From contig NW_020847079.1 of the NCBI RefSeq assembly GCF_003704095.1, forward strand, positions 558,001-622,000: 64,000 bases of DNA, given 5' to 3'. Positions within the stretch are counted from its first letter, which is position 1; every line of letters starts with the position of its first letter. Positions 61,601 to 64,000 of the stretch are shown piece after piece. The stretch is from Pocillopora damicornis (taxonomy: Eukaryota). The notes below the pieces were generated by a model. The model had not been told where the DNA came from, did no database searches, and was given only the letters and a program-made list of their open reading frames with translations. Made by a program: the position numbers and the translations under genes.

Positions 61601-64000
61601 AGTATTTTTGGTGTTTATGGTTTCCACTGCAAACTGTCTGCCAGTACCAGATTCTGTTCCAACAGAATCACATCAAGGGAGCATTCCTTGTTTAAGTGTC
61701 GTTTAAAAAGATATGAATTTTATTCAAAATAATTTTTTTTCATTTAAAGTTGTGATCATCTAAAATTGTGATTAGATTCCTCAGTGGAATAGGAGTACCT
61801 CTAAAAAATTGCCTCACTCCCACCCTAGTATGTGGCTTCATAGCTTAGTTGGTAATTGCCCCAACTAGAATCTGGGGGGCAAGAGTTGAATCCCCTCAAA
61901 GCCTGAATTTTTTCTACAACTGCTTAAATTGAAGCAGCCTGCAAGGATCATTGCTTAATTTGACTTACTGCATACAAAATTTGTTAAGCAATGATGTATT
62001 TTATGTATTGATGTATTTTTTATTTTAATTCAGTTCATTATGACAGCTGTATCAGTTACAATGCCCTTTCCTGCTGGCGTCTTCTTTCCTGTATTTTTAA
62101 TAGGTATGTCAAAATAACACTTTCCAGTAGTTCTCTTTGTTGCGTATTTTATTCAATGGAATCAAAACCCCTTTCATGATTACTCTATCTTCTTGACTGA
62201 TTTTCTATAGGTGCAGCATTTGGCCGGCTTGTGGGAGAAGCCATGGCGACATGGTTTCCTAATGGTGTGAACTCTGGGGATGCAGTTTCACCTGTGGTTC
62301 CAGGGGGATATGCTGTTGTTGGTAAGGAGATGAACACAGTGCAAAGCCAGCTAGCTGTAGTGTATTCGAGGACTAAGGATAGTACAGTGGAATGAGCTCT
62401 TGATTCTCTTCCTTGCCACAAGGGTTTTCTCCCAGCACAAAAGCCAACTTCCAATTCAACTTTGAATTAAACAACTACTCTGCAGATTTCCTACTTTAAA
62501 GTTCTCCCTATTTATTTTTATTTTGACCTATTTACTCATAAAACATCACAGTGTCATAACTGTTTTAAAGGCTTGACTTATGATTTAAAATTGAAATAAG
62601 ATATTTCATGCTCACAGCATAGGAAAGTACAGGTTGAGGCATGTTAAATGTCTGTTTGACTTTTCAGTTTCAGTAGTATGTACAACTACACTCAGGTAAC
62701 AGATACATTCTCCTGCACACTTTCGGCAAAAGAATGAAATTAACTTGAAATTAATCTGTATGTTCTCCTTATATTACACATTACAAAACACTGTTGCATT
62801 ACAGTCTTGACTTACACCAAATGAAATCAACAACTGGAAAGAGTCTATTCTTTTTGGTTTTTTTTTTTTGCTACAAATTATTATTTTTTTCAAAGTAAGT
62901 AAAATCATATTAGAGTTTCCTTTGGTGGCTATCAACATTGTGCTGTGGTAGCCTTTTATCAGGTAACACAAATTTTTTTTGTGATGGTGAAACAGGAGCA
63001 GCAGCTATGTCAGCAGCCGTTACCCACACAATATCTACATCTGTGATTGTGTTTGAACTCACAGGACAAATCACCCATATCCTTCCTGTTATGGTATGTT
63101 GTACTATATTTGTATTGCTCTTTGCCCAATTACAACTAAATTTTGTATATTATATGTCTGGTTGATAGTTATGATAACAATGCATTGTAATTTCCCCTAC
63201 CTCTTCAGTAGTTAATCCTTTAACTCCCAAGATCCGATTGTTAATTAATTCTCTCCTTTAACTGTTACGCATTTCAATGTTAATTGGTTACAAGAATTTG
63301 GTGTTCAATCAAGATAATATCTTGTACCTGATATTAGTTTGAGTAATCTCACTACCTGTTTGCTGGATAATGTATAGATATTATAGGGAGAAGTTACATG
63401 TTTATCACTTCTAGGAGTTAAAGGGTTAGTTATATGTAAAACTTCGAATTTGTTAGTAGGATACTGGTTGCTACGCATATGCAGAATTATTTTTTACACC
63501 ATACCACTCAGCTTTCACAAAGCAAGAGACCCAACCTACTGGAACTCCAGTGTTAACATTAGGCAATATGATAGGCATGTCACAACAATACATATAGCAA
63601 ACTAGTACACCTGCTCCTTGTTGGCAGAACCCCTATGACCCCTCTCAAATGCACTGAAAAGGTCACATGACAACATTGGCGTGCTGTGCTATCTCCCTTA
63701 ACCAAATAAAATAAAAATAGAATAAAGGAGAACACTGGAAGTTGTAATGCTATTTTAGAGTAATCCCTTGTCCTAAAATTTAACAAGCTCATGGCATCAC
63801 CTCTGACACTACCATTATGATCACAACTTCCAAAAGTTTTTGAACCCTAAATACATTCCAAGTTTTTGGATTGTCAATGGTAAAGCCTATGTATAGCTTA
63901 CATTATTTTGTTATTCTGTAGATTGCTGTTTTGATTGCTAATGCTATTGCACAGTGGTTACAGCCATCGTTTTATGACAGCATTATTCAAATCAAGAGGT
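45049..64000 (+). CDS. CLCN2: ClC-2-like voltage-gated chloride channel, first 17 coding exons (3' end outside the window)
   Basis: Phase-consistent exons: 45049-45090, 47558-47711, 55234-55362, 56233-56358, 57137-57222, 57901-57948, 58065-58142, 58239-58317, 58694-58819, 58926-59010, 59163-59270, 60257-60341, 61063-61218, 62034-62103, 62211-62321, 62996-63093, 63922-end. Motifs EQTL|MYGR, GSGIPE, GKEGP, LFSIEVT, GVFFP, FELTGQ and PSFYDSII. Confidence 0.95.
47233..47444. mobile_element. piggyBac-like MITE (TTAA target site, CCC...GGG ends)
   Basis: TTAA-CCCTTTAACTCCCA...TGGGAGTTAAGGGG-TTAA. Related degenerate copies at about 15000, 16892, 20815, 47030, 48756, 49073, 57408, 59340 and 63212. 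Confidence 0.8.
52167..52418 (-). CDS. Probable terminal coding exon of a small membrane protein gene nested antisense in ClC intron 2
   Basis: Acceptor CTTTTGCCTTTCACTCAG| precedes an open frame: acidic [14 protein letters not shown], a long hydrophobic stretch [28 protein letters not shown], then stop. The upstream exon could not be resolved. Confidence 0.5.
   Translation of the reverse strand, partial: RQEDFKDEDAKEESKGICGPDMWYSPKGKSIPCAILIVILWIVFLPFVIIFGFSVLLWLCLSKCYTYFFMAGLQSSRNVEGPN
52817..53367. repeat. 279 bp near-identical direct tandem duplication
   Basis: CATAAATATCAAGTTCACTTCAAACAC...CCCAACACATGTAA starts at 52817 and again at 53096, with a few substitutions. Confidence 0.93.
53400..54370. 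promoter_or_regulatory. CpG-retaining island inside a CpG-depleted gene body (candidate intragenic promoter)
   Basis: Frequent CG dinucleotides by eye versus near-absence in the flanking intron. ATTGG (CCAAT box) at about 54328 and Kozak-like AAAATGGC twice on the minus strand. Confidence 0.45.
55640..56100. repeat. Purine-rich (G/A) low-complexity tract
   Basis: Strong strand bias with recurring GAGATAG/GGGATAG/GAGGT units. Confidence 0.7.
61832..61965 (+). mobile_element. Degenerate tRNA-derived SINE-like remnant in a ClC intron
   Basis: GTGGCTTCATAGCTTAGTTGGTA...GAGTTGAATCCCCTCAAAGCCTGAATTTTTT. Confidence 0.5.
63212..63429. mobile_element. piggyBac-like MITE copy
   Basis: TTAATCCTTTAACTCCCAAGATC...AGGAGTTAAAGGGTTA, collinear with 47233-47444. 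Confidence 0.8.

Overview
AT-rich eukaryotic genomic DNA with GT-AG introns and four assembly gaps. Gene and repeat content suggest a cnidarian, most likely a stony coral (inference only). In order, the window holds: two convergent intronless class A GPCRs (one frameshifted, one intact); a tandemly duplicated non-coding block at about 9.4-12.8 kb; a 6-exon ER-luminal protein (signal peptide, KDEL) with two tandem 2OG-Fe(II) dioxygenase domains, of which only the second keeps the catalytic residues; a decayed Penelope-like retroelement (RT + GIY-YIG) with a variant minimal hammerhead ribozyme motif; three orphan genes for disordered proteins rich in RRxS motifs, two of them a head-to-head paralog pair; a third, deleted GPCR pseudogene; an inverted pair of intronless PAQR/membrane progestin receptor-like genes; an ISL2EU-like transposon relic (YqaJ nuclease plus transposase fragments); and the first 17 coding exons of a ClC-2-like chloride channel running off the window. 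The large second intron of the channel gene contains a CpG-rich island and a probable antisense nested membrane-protein exon. MITEs, tRNA-derived SINE-like elements and microsatellites are scattered throughout. All exon boundaries were read by hand and no database searches were run.
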